Under the pieces are notes generated by a model. That model did not search any database and had not been told where the DNA came from. It was given only the letters and a program-made list of their open reading frames with translations. Source: a virus (taxonomy: Duplodnaviria > Heunggongvirae > Uroviricota > Caudoviricetes). Taken from it: a stretch of 64,000 nt of DNA. Numbering within the stretch: position 1 is the stretch's first letter; each line of letters begins with the position of its first letter. A program made the translations under genes and the position numbers. The stretch is taken from IMG/VR virus record IMGVR_UViG_3300010049_000009, positions 64,001-128,000 of that record; one strand, given 5' to 3'. Below are positions 47,256 to 56,923 of this stretch, piece after piece.

Positions 47256-47303
47256 TTTTCAAGTTTTTTATGATTAACAAAATTCACATCCGGAAATCAA
47301 TTT

Positions 47304-47711
47304 TTAACAAATATCATCACATCTGCTTAATTCAACTATGAAACTAACACGTGGGTTAGGTGGTTCCATTGCTTGAACAGGAAGAAGTTCGGTAACAGTT
47401 GGACCCTTACCCATTGGATACCATTTTTTATCGCCATACCGACTTTCCATTGCTTCAAATAATATACCGGGAACCTCATCATTTGGTACTGCGGTAAGGT
47501 CTTGTGCAAGTGGAATTAACTCACCTTCAATGTTCAAACGTTCAAGTATATTTGTTATATTATCTAATATTTTTGGTTCCGGTAAATCCATTGGTTGAAC
47601 GGGAGCGAGTTCGATAGGTATTATACCAAAACCCTGTTTAACTAATCGTGTTCCAAAAATCGTTGCGGCAACAGACTTGTCACCTGAACCAACTAACGCT
47701 ACATTATTCAT
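47304..47711 (-). CDS. Hypothetical protein
   Basis: 135 aa ORF. Confidence 0.7.
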   Translation of the reverse strand: MNNVALVGSGDKSVAATIFGTRLVKQGFGIIPIELAPVQPMDLPEPKILDNITNILERLNIEGELIPLAQDLTAVPNDEVPGILFEAMESRYGDKKWYPMGKGPTVTELLPVQAMEPPNPRVSFIVELSRCDDIC

Positions 47712-47929
47712 GATATATAAATTTTAATTACACCATCGCATATAAAATACAATATTTCTTTCACTTTATAAACAGTGAGGTCTTTTTTAAGTTGTGGTTT
47801 TTTACCGTTATCATACACAACGCTATCACCAACTTTTGGTAAATAATCATTATATTTCTTGGTTGTTAACCATTGATAATCTAATGTATCATCACCCCTT
47901 AATGTTTCTTTATAATACTCTATTTGCAT
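47708..47929 (-). CDS. Hypothetical protein
   Basis: 73 aa ORF. Confidence 0.6.
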   Translation of the reverse strand: MQIEYYKETLRGDDTLDYQWLTTKKYNDYLPKVGDSVVYDNGKKPQLKKDLTVYKVKEILYFICDGVIKIYIS

Positions 47930-47941
47930 ATCTTAAAAATA

Positions 47942-48349
47942 CTATTTTTTTGCATACCAACTAACTTGTGTAACAAACCACACTTTTCTTCCTTCGGCGG
48001 TGGTGCGTCTAACAAGGCGTAACCCTTCTACACCCAACCCACGAATAGCATAAACACCTTCGGTAAATTGGAGTAATCGAGCGTGTCGAAACTCCCAATT
48101 GTTTGTAAAATCTTCGGGTGTTTCATATACATCAAAATGATTGAACTTTTTATCACAGATACTATATTTTGTCATATAATATTTGGTTTCTTTATCAAAC
48201 GGATAAACGCCGGTCAATATGTGGTCTTTTTCATGACATAATTGAAGGGCTGTTTCGATTGCCTCGTCATCATCTATTGCAGGAAACCCACAGGTATAAT
48301 GAACATTATGTTCGTTATACGCTTGATAAATATATTTCTGCTTTTTCAT
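47942..48349 (-). CDS. Hypothetical protein
   Basis: 135 aa ORF. Confidence 0.7.
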   Translation of the reverse strand: MKKQKYIYQAYNEHNVHYTCGFPAIDDDEAIETALQLCHEKDHILTGVYPFDKETKYYMTKYSICDKKFNHFDVYETPEDFTNNWEFRHARLLQFTEGVYAIRGLGVEGLRLVRRTTAEGRKVWFVTQVSWYAKK

Positions 48350-48711
48350 TGTTTTCTTGCTTTAACTAATTGACTAAACAAATCCTCTTTATCTTTTTCA
48401 AGTCTTTTGTTTCTTTCTTTCAAAGACTTGTTTTCTGTACGCAAAGAATTAAGAAGTTCATCATAAACAAATTGTGCTTTGATTTCCTTTCTTTCTTCCT
48501 TTAACTGTTTTGATAATTCGCTAACCCGTTCTTCCAACTTTTTATTACCTTCCTTGATTTTATCTTTTACAGTTTCTTCGAGTTCTTCTATGTAGGACTT
48601 TAATTGCCCCACTTCCGTTTGAAGTATTTTCACAAGGGCGCAATCAGGTATTTTAGATAACCCATGTATTTCCTCACTTACGTTTTTCTTTATTTTCAAC
48701 GTGGTTTGCAT
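48346..48711 (-). CDS. Coiled-coil protein
   Basis: Continuous heptad pattern, K/E-rich. Confidence 0.7.
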   Translation of the reverse strand: MQTTLKIKKNVSEEIHGLSKIPDCALVKILQTEVGQLKSYIEELEETVKDKIKEGNKKLEERVSELSKQLKEERKEIKAQFVYDELLNSLRTENKSLKERNKRLEKDKEDLFSQLVKARKQ

Positions 48712-48723
48712 AATCTCTAAACA

Positions 48724-48948
48724 TTATTCGGTTATATAATAATCTTTAAGGTTTTCAATAAACCACTTTGAATCAAACTCCGCTTTTTCACGTAGGTTCA
48801 TTTCAAGATAGTTTGAATTTCGTGCATCGTACATATGCTTACATATCAAGGTTATTACTTCACCCTGATTGTATGTCGGCGATACAAGATGTTTGCTTCC
48901 CTTTATAAATTGTGTTACCGATGCAATATATTCCTTTAATGTGCTCAT
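48724..48948 (-). CDS. Hypothetical protein
   Basis: 74 aa ORF downstream of a promoter motif. Confidence 0.65.
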   Translation of the reverse strand: MSTLKEYIASVTQFIKGSKHLVSPTYNQGEVITLICKHMYDARNSNYLEMNLREKAEFDSKWFIENLKDYYITE

Positions 48949-48977
48949 TTTATTATGTTTTATTTGTTTAGTAGCAC

Positions 48978-49005
48978 AATATAATGGTAGAATATTATTC
49001 CGATC
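48978..49005 (-). promoter_or_regulatory. Bipartite phage promoter motif
   Basis: GATCGGA-N15-TATATTGT. Confidence 0.8.
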
Positions 49006-49190
49006 TACCCACCGTCATTTGACTGAAAACTTATTGTGCCGAAGAATTTAGGATCAACCTGTTTGTTGGGATCATAGTTTGGTGCAAACGTTTTTTCATT
49101 AATGGGTGGAACAAAAACCGTTGGTGTTAGTTCTACAAATTGCCATGGACATAAAACATAACCTTCAAGTTTATCTACATTATCGCTCAT
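49005..49190 (-). CDS. Small hypothetical protein
   Basis: 61 aa ORF. Confidence 0.55.
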   Translation of the reverse strand: MSDNVDKLEGYVLCPWQFVELTPTVFVPPINEKTFAPNYDPNKQVDPKFFGTISFQSNDGG

Positions 49191-49695
49191 TGCCTTGATA
49201 TTCTTTTTCTCTCATTTCAATATAATCATTCATATTATTTCGATATTGACCTCTCAATTGTTTGAGTACTTCTTCTTCATCGAAATATGGGTTTTTTCTA
49301 CGAAATTCGTTGGCAAATTTTTCTCGGCGTTCTAAATCTCTTTCTTCCAACTTCCATTTTCTCATTTCTTGTATTGGTTTTCCTTTTGAAACGAAGGTAG
49401 CACAAATAAACATAATAAAAAACGGTATTAGAATAACAACTGCCATAACTGACCACCAAACTAACAACATTATAATAACTTTTCCACAAAATTCCCAAAA
49501 CGGTACTCTATTGGGAAGGTCCCACCAATAAACTGCCGCAAGCCATGTTACTGCGGCAGCGGCAAGTGGAAACATAGCAAACATTTTTGCTAAACCCCAT
49601 GCGGGTGAGGTAAAATCATACGGAAACCAATCTTTGAATGGGATTTTTTCTTTAACCCCTTCCACATTTGTATTCACAGTTCCAATCTCTTGCAT
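49180..49695 (-). CDS. Membrane protein with two TM helices
   Basis: Hydrophobic segments followed by a charged tail; start uncertain. Confidence 0.65.
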   Translation of the reverse strand: MQEIGTVNTNVEGVKEKIPFKDWFPYDFTSPAWGLAKMFAMFPLAAAAVTWLAAVYWWDLPNRVPFWEFCGKVIIMLLVWWSVMAVVILIPFFIMFICATFVSKGKPIQEMRKWKLEERDLERREKFANEFRRKNPYFDEEEVLKQLRGQYRNNMNDYIEMREKEYQGNER

Positions 49696-50824
49696 ATTTA
49701 AAATATCTTGAATTAGTGGGCATACACCCAAATTTTAATTTTAACATTTCTTTATCCACTGTATCGGGAAGTTGGTCGAAACAAGTAACGTGAAGTGTTG
49801 AATAAAAATCTTGTGTATACTTATTCATTATACAATTATTAAAAGTAATTGCATGTTTCAATAATTCAAAATTCATTGGGGCAACTCTTAATTCACCCTG
49901 CCAATCATTTAGTTTATTTGTTTCTGTTTCATTGTTTTTTAGTTCCAATGTTTCTTCACTAAACGGACCTTCACCATGACGAGTCATATATGCTCTACAA
50001 ACATAATGAACAGTGGTGGTAATACTACCGTTATATCGTGGTTTTATTTCTCTGTTGATTAATTCACAAGCGTTTAACGCTGTTGTGTTGCTTCTTGTTA
50101 CGTTAGGGAAAAATCCGATTTTTTGATCTAACATAATTCCCTGTCCACCCTCAAAAATAATATGTTCTTTTCCGCACAAATGCGGTCTTTCGATTCTTAC
50201 GTGGGTTTTATAAAATTTTAATGCTTCTTCCCATTCTTCCCACTCTTCATCTATTAAATCGTAATAACGTAATTTACTATCCGTATCAAGATCGTTGGCA
50301 CTTCTTTGGTAAAATTCCTTAACCTGTTTGATTTTATTTTGATACACAAAATCACATAATAAGTCTTGTGCATAAAGATTTACAAACTTTGTGTTTCTTT
50401 CGATTGTTGCACCAAAACCTGTACCTGTTGTACCATGTCCGTATATACCTTCAAGTATTTTGTTGAACGCCACGTCATAGGGTGTTGTAACCATTGCAAA
50501 CGGATCAACGAAATAATTATAAAGTAATAAATTACGTATTATCGGTTGTTTAAATAACAATGTAATCGCCAAGTAATCATATTCACGTTTGAACGCCTTG
50601 GGGTACACTGTACAAAAATGAGAAATATAAGTGCTGGCACCTTGAAATGTACCAGCACCTATTTGTGAAAATGTATGTTCCATTTTATTGGTAACTACGG
50701 TGTGCCCGACTTGGTGTCCCCCATTGTGGCGAATAACAAGCGAATCTTTTGTTGCTAACGAATTGACGGTTTGTCCCTTTCCTTCGTCACCAAATAATGT
50801 CCCTAATACAATATCTATTTTCAT
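49652..50824 (-). CDS. Divergent adenylosuccinate synthetase-like protein
   Basis: FGDEGKG, RHNGGHQVGHT, IFEGGQG.MLD, VTRSNT, RAYMTRHGEGPF; aspartate-binding loop not conserved. Confidence 0.88.
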   Translation of the reverse strand: MKIDIVLGTLFGDEGKGQTVNSLATKDSLVIRHNGGHQVGHTVVTNKMEHTFSQIGAGTFQGASTYISHFCTVYPKAFKREYDYLAITLLFKQPIIRNLLLYNYFVDPFAMVTTPYDVAFNKILEGIYGHGTTGTGFGATIERNTKFVNLYAQDLLCDFVYQNKIKQVKEFYQRSANDLDTDSKLRYYDLIDEEWEEWEEALKFYKTHVRIERPHLCGKEHIIFEGGQGIMLDQKIGFFPNVTRSNTTALNACELINREIKPRYNGSITTTVHYVCRAYMTRHGEGPFSEETLELKNNETETNKLNDWQGELRVAPMNFELLKHAITFNNCIMNKYTQDFYSTLHVTCFDQLPDTVDKEMLKLKFGCMPTNSRYFKYARDWNCEYKCGRG

Positions 50825-51750
50825 AGTGCTACTATGCCGGTGTTATTATTACCAACTATTGAAGGTAATATTGTTTTCAAATTAACCAACGCTGTGCTAA
50901 CCGAAGCGGCAGCATCTTTATCAATAGAAGCAAGAATTTTACTCATATCCGCACCATTGATTACAGCAACCGTGGTTGCAATCAGTTCAGCAACATTGTT
51001 AGAATCGTCTAATACCAACAATCTTTCACCCAACAGTTCTTCCCAATCGTTACCCAATTCTTTAATATTGTGCATACCATCGTTACAGTGAATGTGGAAT
51101 ATATGGTATTTTTCACTCGCGGCATCATAGAGTTGTTTGGCGGTTTTATCTTCCGCTTCCTTTTCACCCATTATATCGGCAAGCGATCTCCCTTGGTATG
51201 TTTTATGAAAACTTTCATCACCGATAGTAAACAGGAATCCTTTCAAACCACGTTTTTCAAAACTATCGGTTGAAGTGTGATAACCTGCTACATACCACGC
51301 CAGCGGGTAACTTTCCATAATTTGACCACCACCACCTTTTTCAAGATAGATGCTTTCCAAACTATCTATCAATTTTACGGTGTCTTGTTCAAATTCACCA
51401 CATTGTAGCGGTGCTGTGTCTGAAATGTGGTCGCCAATCGCACCAAAACAAAGTTGAGCGTGTTCTACTTTGTGGTTTATCAAAATTTCCATTAAGTTAG
51501 GAAATTTATTCTTAATTAGGTTGTGGGGAATGTGCCCCATACTTCCTGTAACATCCACAAATACCATAACAGGTACTGAATATGGATGGTCGTCATTATC
51601 CCGACACTCTCTCATACTATTTTTGAAAGAAGCGGGGTTCATACTCGTTTTTAATGAGGTACTGAAAGTCGCCGTTGCGCTTTTAGTGTCGTACCCTCTT
51701 GACTTACTTACGTAATCGTAAGTTGAAGTTGTCCAACTACCTGATCCCAT
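50821..51750 (-). CDS. von Willebrand A (MIDAS) domain protein
   Basis: VFVDVTGSMG, GGGGQ.MESY, FLFTIGDE. Confidence 0.85.
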   Translation of the reverse strand: MGSGSWTTSTYDYVSKSRGYDTKSATATFSTSLKTSMNPASFKNSMRECRDNDDHPYSVPVMVFVDVTGSMGHIPHNLIKNKFPNLMEILINHKVEHAQLCFGAIGDHISDTAPLQCGEFEQDTVKLIDSLESIYLEKGGGGQIMESYPLAWYVAGYHTSTDSFEKRGLKGFLFTIGDESFHKTYQGRSLADIMGEKEAEDKTAKQLYDAASEKYHIFHIHCNDGMHNIKELGNDWEELLGERLLVLDDSNNVAELIATTVAVINGADMSKILASIDKDAAASVSTALVNLKTILPSIVGNNNTGIVAL

Positions 51751-51754
51751 TTTA

Positions 51755-52657
51755 TTATATATTTAAAGTTAAAAACTCTGATTTAAAATTATTTTTCAAT
51801 ACTTTTCTCCAATTGGGCATAGCATCTCGCCCATCTGTTTCCGGTGTCATTAGATATTCGAGAACATGAGGATTTATGTCTTTGTTGCGCCTTAACATAA
51901 CTCCACTACCACTGTTGTCACCCAACAAATATATTGCGGTTTTCTTCGCCAACGTTATATCTATACCCGGAAAACTTATTTTTTTAGCGAATACGTCGGC
52001 AGGATAAAATGTACTCCACCTGCCGGATATTGTTTCTATCTTTTTTCCAAAAGGTGTTGAGTGATAAAAAGTCATAACCTTAATGGAGTGATCTTTTGGA
52101 TCAATAAACACACTGTCGGGGTTAATACCCATGTGGTTTATTTCTATACTGCTTGTCATAGCACAAAATTCAACCATTCGACTGAATATCCAATTTACGT
52201 GTCTATATCTGTTTGGGTCTGATTGTAATAACGTGTGAACCTTTGAAAGAGGTATAAACCTTTTATCAGTAATAATCTTTGTTTGTGTATTATTTTCTGT
52301 CGCCGGTTCGGGGCACAAATATTTCAAAAAATGGTTTAAAGCATCCTTCTCATATACAAATGAGAGTTTTTTGAAGAACTCTTTTCTTTTTGTTGTGCAT
52401 AGTTTCCGTACCTTTTCATCACCAATCCACGAATGTACATATCCATTACTAATATACACTCCATTATCATCAGTAAGATTCCACCCTTTAATAAAATCTT
52501 GTTTTAATCCTGTGAGTTTTGATATAACATCAGTTGCTCTCGGATCATTCCACTTATCAGGGTGATATTTCATCACCAATTTCTTAAACTCTTGTTCCCA
52601 ATTATGAGGGGAACAAATTTGCATTAAATGTGCTGCTTTTAAAATTTCTTCTACCAT
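51755..52657 (-). CDS. J-domain (HPD) fused to a protein-kinase-like domain
   Basis: FKKLVMKYHPDKWND; RHVNWIFSRM...INHMGINPDSVFI. Confidence 0.7.
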   Translation of the reverse strand: MVEEILKAAHLMQICSPHNWEQEFKKLVMKYHPDKWNDPRATDVISKLTGLKQDFIKGWNLTDDNGVYISNGYVHSWIGDEKVRKLCTTKRKEFFKKLSFVYEKDALNHFLKYLCPEPATENNTQTKIITDKRFIPLSKVHTLLQSDPNRYRHVNWIFSRMVEFCAMTSSIEINHMGINPDSVFIDPKDHSIKVMTFYHSTPFGKKIETISGRWSTFYPADVFAKKISFPGIDITLAKKTAIYLLGDNSGSGVMLRRNKDINPHVLEYLMTPETDGRDAMPNWRKVLKNNFKSEFLTLNI

Positions 52658-52920
52658 ATCAATCCTTTTTGTCTACGTTCATATAACTCTCTTTGACTTT
52701 CTTCATAATCACGCTCTTTCGCACATGTTTTATACCCTTCTTCGTATGCAAGACCACCTTCACCTCTAATTGCTTCACTAACAATAACAGCAACATCATC
52801 AAATTCAATATTTGTGTTGTTTTCTCTACATTTGTAGAACAAATCGAGAATTTCGATGGTTGTTTCAATTACAGTTGAGTTGTTACCCCATTTCGTTGGG
52901 TTATAATTATACTTTTCCAT
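52651..52920 (-). CDS. Hypothetical protein
   Basis: 89 aa ORF overlapping the next start. Confidence 0.65.
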   Translation of the reverse strand: MEKYNYNPTKWGNNSTVIETTIEILDLFYKCRENNTNIEFDDVAVIVSEAIRGEGGLAYEEGYKTCAKERDYEESQRELYERRQKGLIW

Positions 52921-52955
52921 TTTTTATTTCTTTGTTTAAAAATACTATTTTTTAT

Positions 52956-52988
52956 AAAAAAAAACAACCCATAAAAGTATGGGTTGTT
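52956..52988 (-). terminator. Rho-independent terminator
   Basis: AACAACCCATA-aaag-TATGGGTTGTT followed by a T run on the minus strand. Confidence 0.8.
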
Positions 52989-53106
52989 AATTATATTTGC
53001 ATATAATACAAATCTTATACCACGAATATACAGAATACAACAATTGCTTCCACAATTAATATTTCAAGTATATCTACTATGTATTGTATTTCAAGAAACG
53101 CTTTCA

Positions 53107-55011
53107 TCACTCACAAAAATAAACACCTTTCAACATAATAATTTGACCATTATTGTTTACACCTGTTCCGGTTTGACCGCTTGGACCTTGTGGGTTTCCA
53201 TATCCCCAAGAATTGTGTCCACTGTAAATAATAATTAATAGTTCACCGTTTTCGTTTATCTGTTTTTCAACTTCTTCTTTTGGAAATGTAAATCTCACGC
53301 TTCCGTCTGAATAAACAGTACGATAAGATGAATTGCGATTGGTCATAAATCCGTTGTTGATATTTTTATCTTTAAGAGTAGGTCCGCCGGTTAACAATCC
53401 GTCAAGACTATCAAAATATTCCAGCGAACTTCCAAAGATAACACCCGACCTATCAAGTTTATAGTTAGGTACTGTACCCCATAGATAAACAACAAAATTA
53501 TCACCTTCGGTTTGGATAAGAATATCACCAACTTTTCTATCAAGAGGTGGGTCTAATTTAGAATTACCATTATCTTTTAAGAATGTTTGGTTATTACCAC
53601 CGAAACTCCACCCAACACAAGGTGGTTCTACTATTTCATCTTCTTTGGTATCATCAAAACCTATATATAATACTTTCAAACCACCCAATCCATTAGCAAC
53701 AAATGCTACGTTGCCGAATGAGGATATAAAGTTGGTTGAACCCATACCTGATAAAACACTATTTGAAGCAGAGGCAAAAATTCTTTGTGAACCACCGAAC
53801 TCCATAACGTCATACCAATACATACCTTTTTCACCATTTGCTACCAATAACAGATTTGATTGTATTTCCTTACCTGACATTGTTTTTTTAGAATCGGTAT
53901 TGATACTAACACTATTTGTAACATGTTTTTCAGGGTCTTCACCGGGTCTTTCAAGCACTTGTAATATATTACCTTGTCTGTCTAACATTCTCAATCCACT
54001 CTCATTCATAGCAACAAACAAAAGGTTGTTCCAAACCAACATTTCTGATTTAGCATCTTTTTGCATTGCTTCATTTTGATATGTATAATCTTCCAAATCA
54101 AATGTTGGAGGATATATAGATGTCATTCCACTACCATTGAAATCGAATTTGGTAACACGAGCAGGTTCGGATTGCATTACAAAAACGTTAGTATTATCGG
54201 TAACAACTGAACGTGCGTGGGTCATTTCAATAAAATCAACACACGAATAATTTGTTTCGTTGAATATGAATAATCCACCTCTTGTACCATTTGTACCATC
54301 ACCTGTTGTAACGAATATTCTATCACCACGAACACTTATTGAAGTACCTTGAAACGAAGTAAGTTTTACAACTTTCGGTGTAGCGGAAGTGTTGAAGGTT
54401 TTATCTTCATTCAATTCCATTATTAACAGAAAAGCATAATCAAATCCACCTCTGTATCCCCAATTCTTTTCAGAACTCGCACCAATCATATACAATTTTC
54501 CGTTAGCGTATTGTAATGCACTGATCTCCGAGTTTGGGAATTGTACGCTGGTTACTACCTCAACTTCAACATCAGTACTTTCCCTTGATCCGTGTACTAC
54601 GTTAAACTTGTAAATAACAACACCGCCGCGATGTGCTGGTCCCTCGTCATTATATGATACAAAAGCATATCCGTCATCACTTAACTTAACGTCGGTCGCT
54701 TGTACTTCATAACCATTCGACATTGTTAGTGTACCCATTTCTCTGACAAGAATGAACTCATAATCATTCGCTTCATCAGAAGAAGCGGTTCTAATACGTT
54801 TTAACCCACCGGCATCTGTTGTGTTTGACGGCGTTAAAACCTCACGTGCATTAGTTACATCAACGGCAGGAGTATTCACGATAACGATACTCCCATCGTT
54901 TAAACTTGCATCCATAAAAACGTTTTCGTCAGTTTTAGTTTCAATGTAAGGATCATTACACGAAACCAAAAAAAGACACAAAACACTTAAAACTAAAAAA
55001 ATCAGTCTCAT
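53107..55011 (-). CDS. Lipoprotein with beta-propeller (LVIVD-like) repeats
   Basis: Lipobox LFLVSC; repeats LFVAMNESGLRML, LLVANGEKGMYWY, AFVANGLGGLKVL. Confidence 0.75.
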   Translation of the reverse strand: MRLIFLVLSVLCLFLVSCNDPYIETKTDENVFMDASLNDGSIVIVNTPAVDVTNAREVLTPSNTTDAGGLKRIRTASSDEANDYEFILVREMGTLTMSNGYEVQATDVKLSDDGYAFVSYNDEGPAHRGGVVIYKFNVVHGSRESTDVEVEVVTSVQFPNSEISALQYANGKLYMIGASSEKNWGYRGGFDYAFLLIMELNEDKTFNTSATPKVVKLTSFQGTSISVRGDRIFVTTGDGTNGTRGGLFIFNETNYSCVDFIEMTHARSVVTDNTNVFVMQSEPARVTKFDFNGSGMTSIYPPTFDLEDYTYQNEAMQKDAKSEMLVWNNLLFVAMNESGLRMLDRQGNILQVLERPGEDPEKHVTNSVSINTDSKKTMSGKEIQSNLLLVANGEKGMYWYDVMEFGGSQRIFASASNSVLSGMGSTNFISSFGNVAFVANGLGGLKVLYIGFDDTKEDEIVEPPCVGWSFGGNNQTFLKDNGNSKLDPPLDRKVGDILIQTEGDNFVVYLWGTVPNYKLDRSGVIFGSSLEYFDSLDGLLTGGPTLKDKNINNGFMTNRNSSYRTVYSDGSVRFTFPKEEVEKQINENGELLIIIYSGHNSWGYGNPQGPSGQTGTGVNNNGQIIMLKGVYFCE

Positions 55012-55111
55012 ATTATTTTGAATTTATTAAATTATACATATAAATAGTTACCAAAAATAAGGGATTAGATTTATTTTGATAAACTGTATGAAAGAGCGGG
55101 TGAATGACGAC

Positions 55112-55480
55112 TTAATATGTACCAACAAATTTAAGTACTTCTAAAACCGCATCCAACAACGCACTTTCAGCGTCATCATAATCCTCGAACTCCTGTTCAC
55201 CAAAAGTTGTGCCATACTTTGTGTTGTATGAAAACGAATATTTTGCTGATGGTTTTCCTACCAACAAAACTTGATGCACACTACACCCAACTTTTTTCAA
55301 ATCTCGCACAAATTTTAATGCGAAACTAACTGTTGGTGCAGGATAATCAGTTTCCCAATCACTTGAAATTTCCCCAACTAAATCACCGTTAGGTGTGTAG
55401 TAAAAATCAACATCTTTTTGAAATCCCAACGATCTGAGGACTTTTGCTTGTTCAAACGTTACTTCTCTTGCAAATTCCAT
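55112..55480 (-). CDS. Hypothetical protein, paralog of 6208..6636
   Basis: VTFEQAKVLRSLGF, APTVSFALKFVRD, YDDAESALLD. Confidence 0.8.
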   Translation of the reverse strand: MEFAREVTFEQAKVLRSLGFQKDVDFYYTPNGDLVGEISSDWETDYPAPTVSFALKFVRDLKKVGCSVHQVLLVGKPSAKYSFSYNTKYGTTFGEQEFEDYDDAESALLDAVLEVLKFVGTY

Positions 55481-55505
55481 TTTTATTTTATTTTAAATGT
55501 GATTA

Positions 55506-56234
55506 CTAACATAATATGTTGTGTGTTTTAAACATTAAATTACCACTTATACTTGATGGTATTTCCAACCCTTCAAACACAAATTTAACGCTTGTATTTC
55601 TCACCCATTCTGAATACGCTTGGGCGACTTTATCAAATGTGATGTTTTCACCAATTTTATTCATATTACCGGTAGATTCTATAACATAATATGAACCACC
55701 TTTAATGTGAAAAACTATTGCGTCTTGGGTTTTTCCGTCTATCGTCATAGCATCCACCAACATTTGTTTAAATTCGTCAATACCCATGTGTTCCGGTCTG
55801 CGAACAAGGTAACTGCGTTCTATGGTGTCAACCAATAGGTTTTGTTTTTTTGCTTCTTCATATTCCATTCCGTCAGGTGCTTCCTGCCAATGTCCCACAA
55901 GTTGGTATACTCCGGTTTTATTAGAATTGAGAATACCCCTCAATTTTCTATTTCTCAAAATATTCTCTTTTTTTGTAAAACCCCTTCTATAAGCGGTAAT
56001 TATACCCCAATCATGGTTTTTGAGAATATTTATCAAATTTCCCAAACTACTTTCCGAAATAAGATTATTATTTGTACAATTCTCATATTCATAATATGTG
56101 CCCAATTTCTTACTTTCACATTTCACAATTTCATTTGAATAATCTTCAAATGGTGAAATATTTTCCATTATACCGGATAAAGTTTGAAAACGTTTCGCTG
56201 CTGCTTCTACTATTATTTTTTGTTCGTTTGTCAT
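55506..56234 (-). CDS. Putative SAM lyase (T3 gp0.3-like) with N-terminal leader
   Basis: IITAYR...EN..RN.KL...L; GHWQE; ERSYLV; TQDAIV. Confidence 0.6.
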   Translation of the reverse strand: MTNEQKIIVEAAAKRFQTLSGIMENISPFEDYSNEIVKCESKKLGTYYEYENCTNNNLISESSLGNLINILKNHDWGIITAYRRGFTKKENILRNRKLRGILNSNKTGVYQLVGHWQEAPDGMEYEEAKKQNLLVDTIERSYLVRRPEHMGIDEFKQMLVDAMTIDGKTQDAIVFHIKGGSYYVIESTGNMNKIGENITFDKVAQAYSEWVRNTSVKFVFEGLEIPSSISGNLMFKTHNILC

Positions 56235-56265
56235 ATCACTTTTATATTTCGATCAGTTTACTCCC

Positions 56266-56293
56266 AATATAGATATGATATATTAATCCGATC
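56266..56293 (-). promoter_or_regulatory. Bipartite phage promoter motif
   Basis: GATCGGA-N15-TATATTGG. Confidence 0.8.
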
Positions 56294-56907
56294 TATTTAA
56301 GATTTTCATATTCCCTCATTACCACATCGGGTCTACCATATTTTTCATAGTCCCAATCAGACGGTGCGTATTGGTCATCCCATTTATAACGTTCCGTTTC
56401 TTTAAAACCAAGATTTCCATAAAAGTCGGATAAATAACCATCAAAATGGTCTAATTTTGATCCCTTGTTTTTGACTGCTGATTTTATGAGTTCATCACCA
56501 ATCTTAGGTATTCCACTGTTGTTGAAAACTGAAACTATATCACCATCTTTTTTTACAGCATACCCAATATCATACCCCCTTAAAAGAAATGTGGTCATGT
56601 TCTCATAATCTTCAGGAGTGTAATTACTAAGCATTGCTTGTCGCTTACTTTTTTGTGCTGCATTATAAAATGCTTCGGAGTTGTTGATTTCAAAATCATT
56701 GTTCCGAATAAGTTGAATAACCTTTTCTCTTTCAACTTCATTATTTTCCGTTAATATCAAATCTTTAAATGACTCGAACATTAATTTTCGCCATTGATTT
56801 TGTGTTTGTTGTGTTTTGATATAATTACTTTTATATTCTTCAAAACCACCGAAATTTTTATATTCACACAAAAATCTAAATTTAAGAGCGTCTTCCTTTA
56901 ATAACAT
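56293..56907 (-). CDS. Phage GNAT-like protein with N-terminal leader
   Basis: DGDIVSVF...G.ELI..A..KLDHFDG.L...Y..LGF...WD..YAP. Confidence 0.55.
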   Translation of the reverse strand: MLLKEDALKFRFLCEYKNFGGFEEYKSNYIKTQQTQNQWRKLMFESFKDLILTENNEVEREKVIQLIRNNDFEINNSEAFYNAAQKSKRQAMLSNYTPEDYENMTTFLLRGYDIGYAVKKDGDIVSVFNNSGIPKIGDELIKSAVKNKGSKLDHFDGYLSDFYGNLGFKETERYKWDDQYAPSDWDYEKYGRPDVVMREYENLK

Positions 56908-56923
56908 AACATATTTTGTTTTC

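Noticed and set aside
49652-50824. PurZ (2-aminoadenine / Z-genome) enzyme
   Set aside because: It keeps the PurA catalytic Asp in GDEGKG rather than the Ser of PurZ (GSTGKG type), and no dATPase or other Z-pathway gene is visible in the window.
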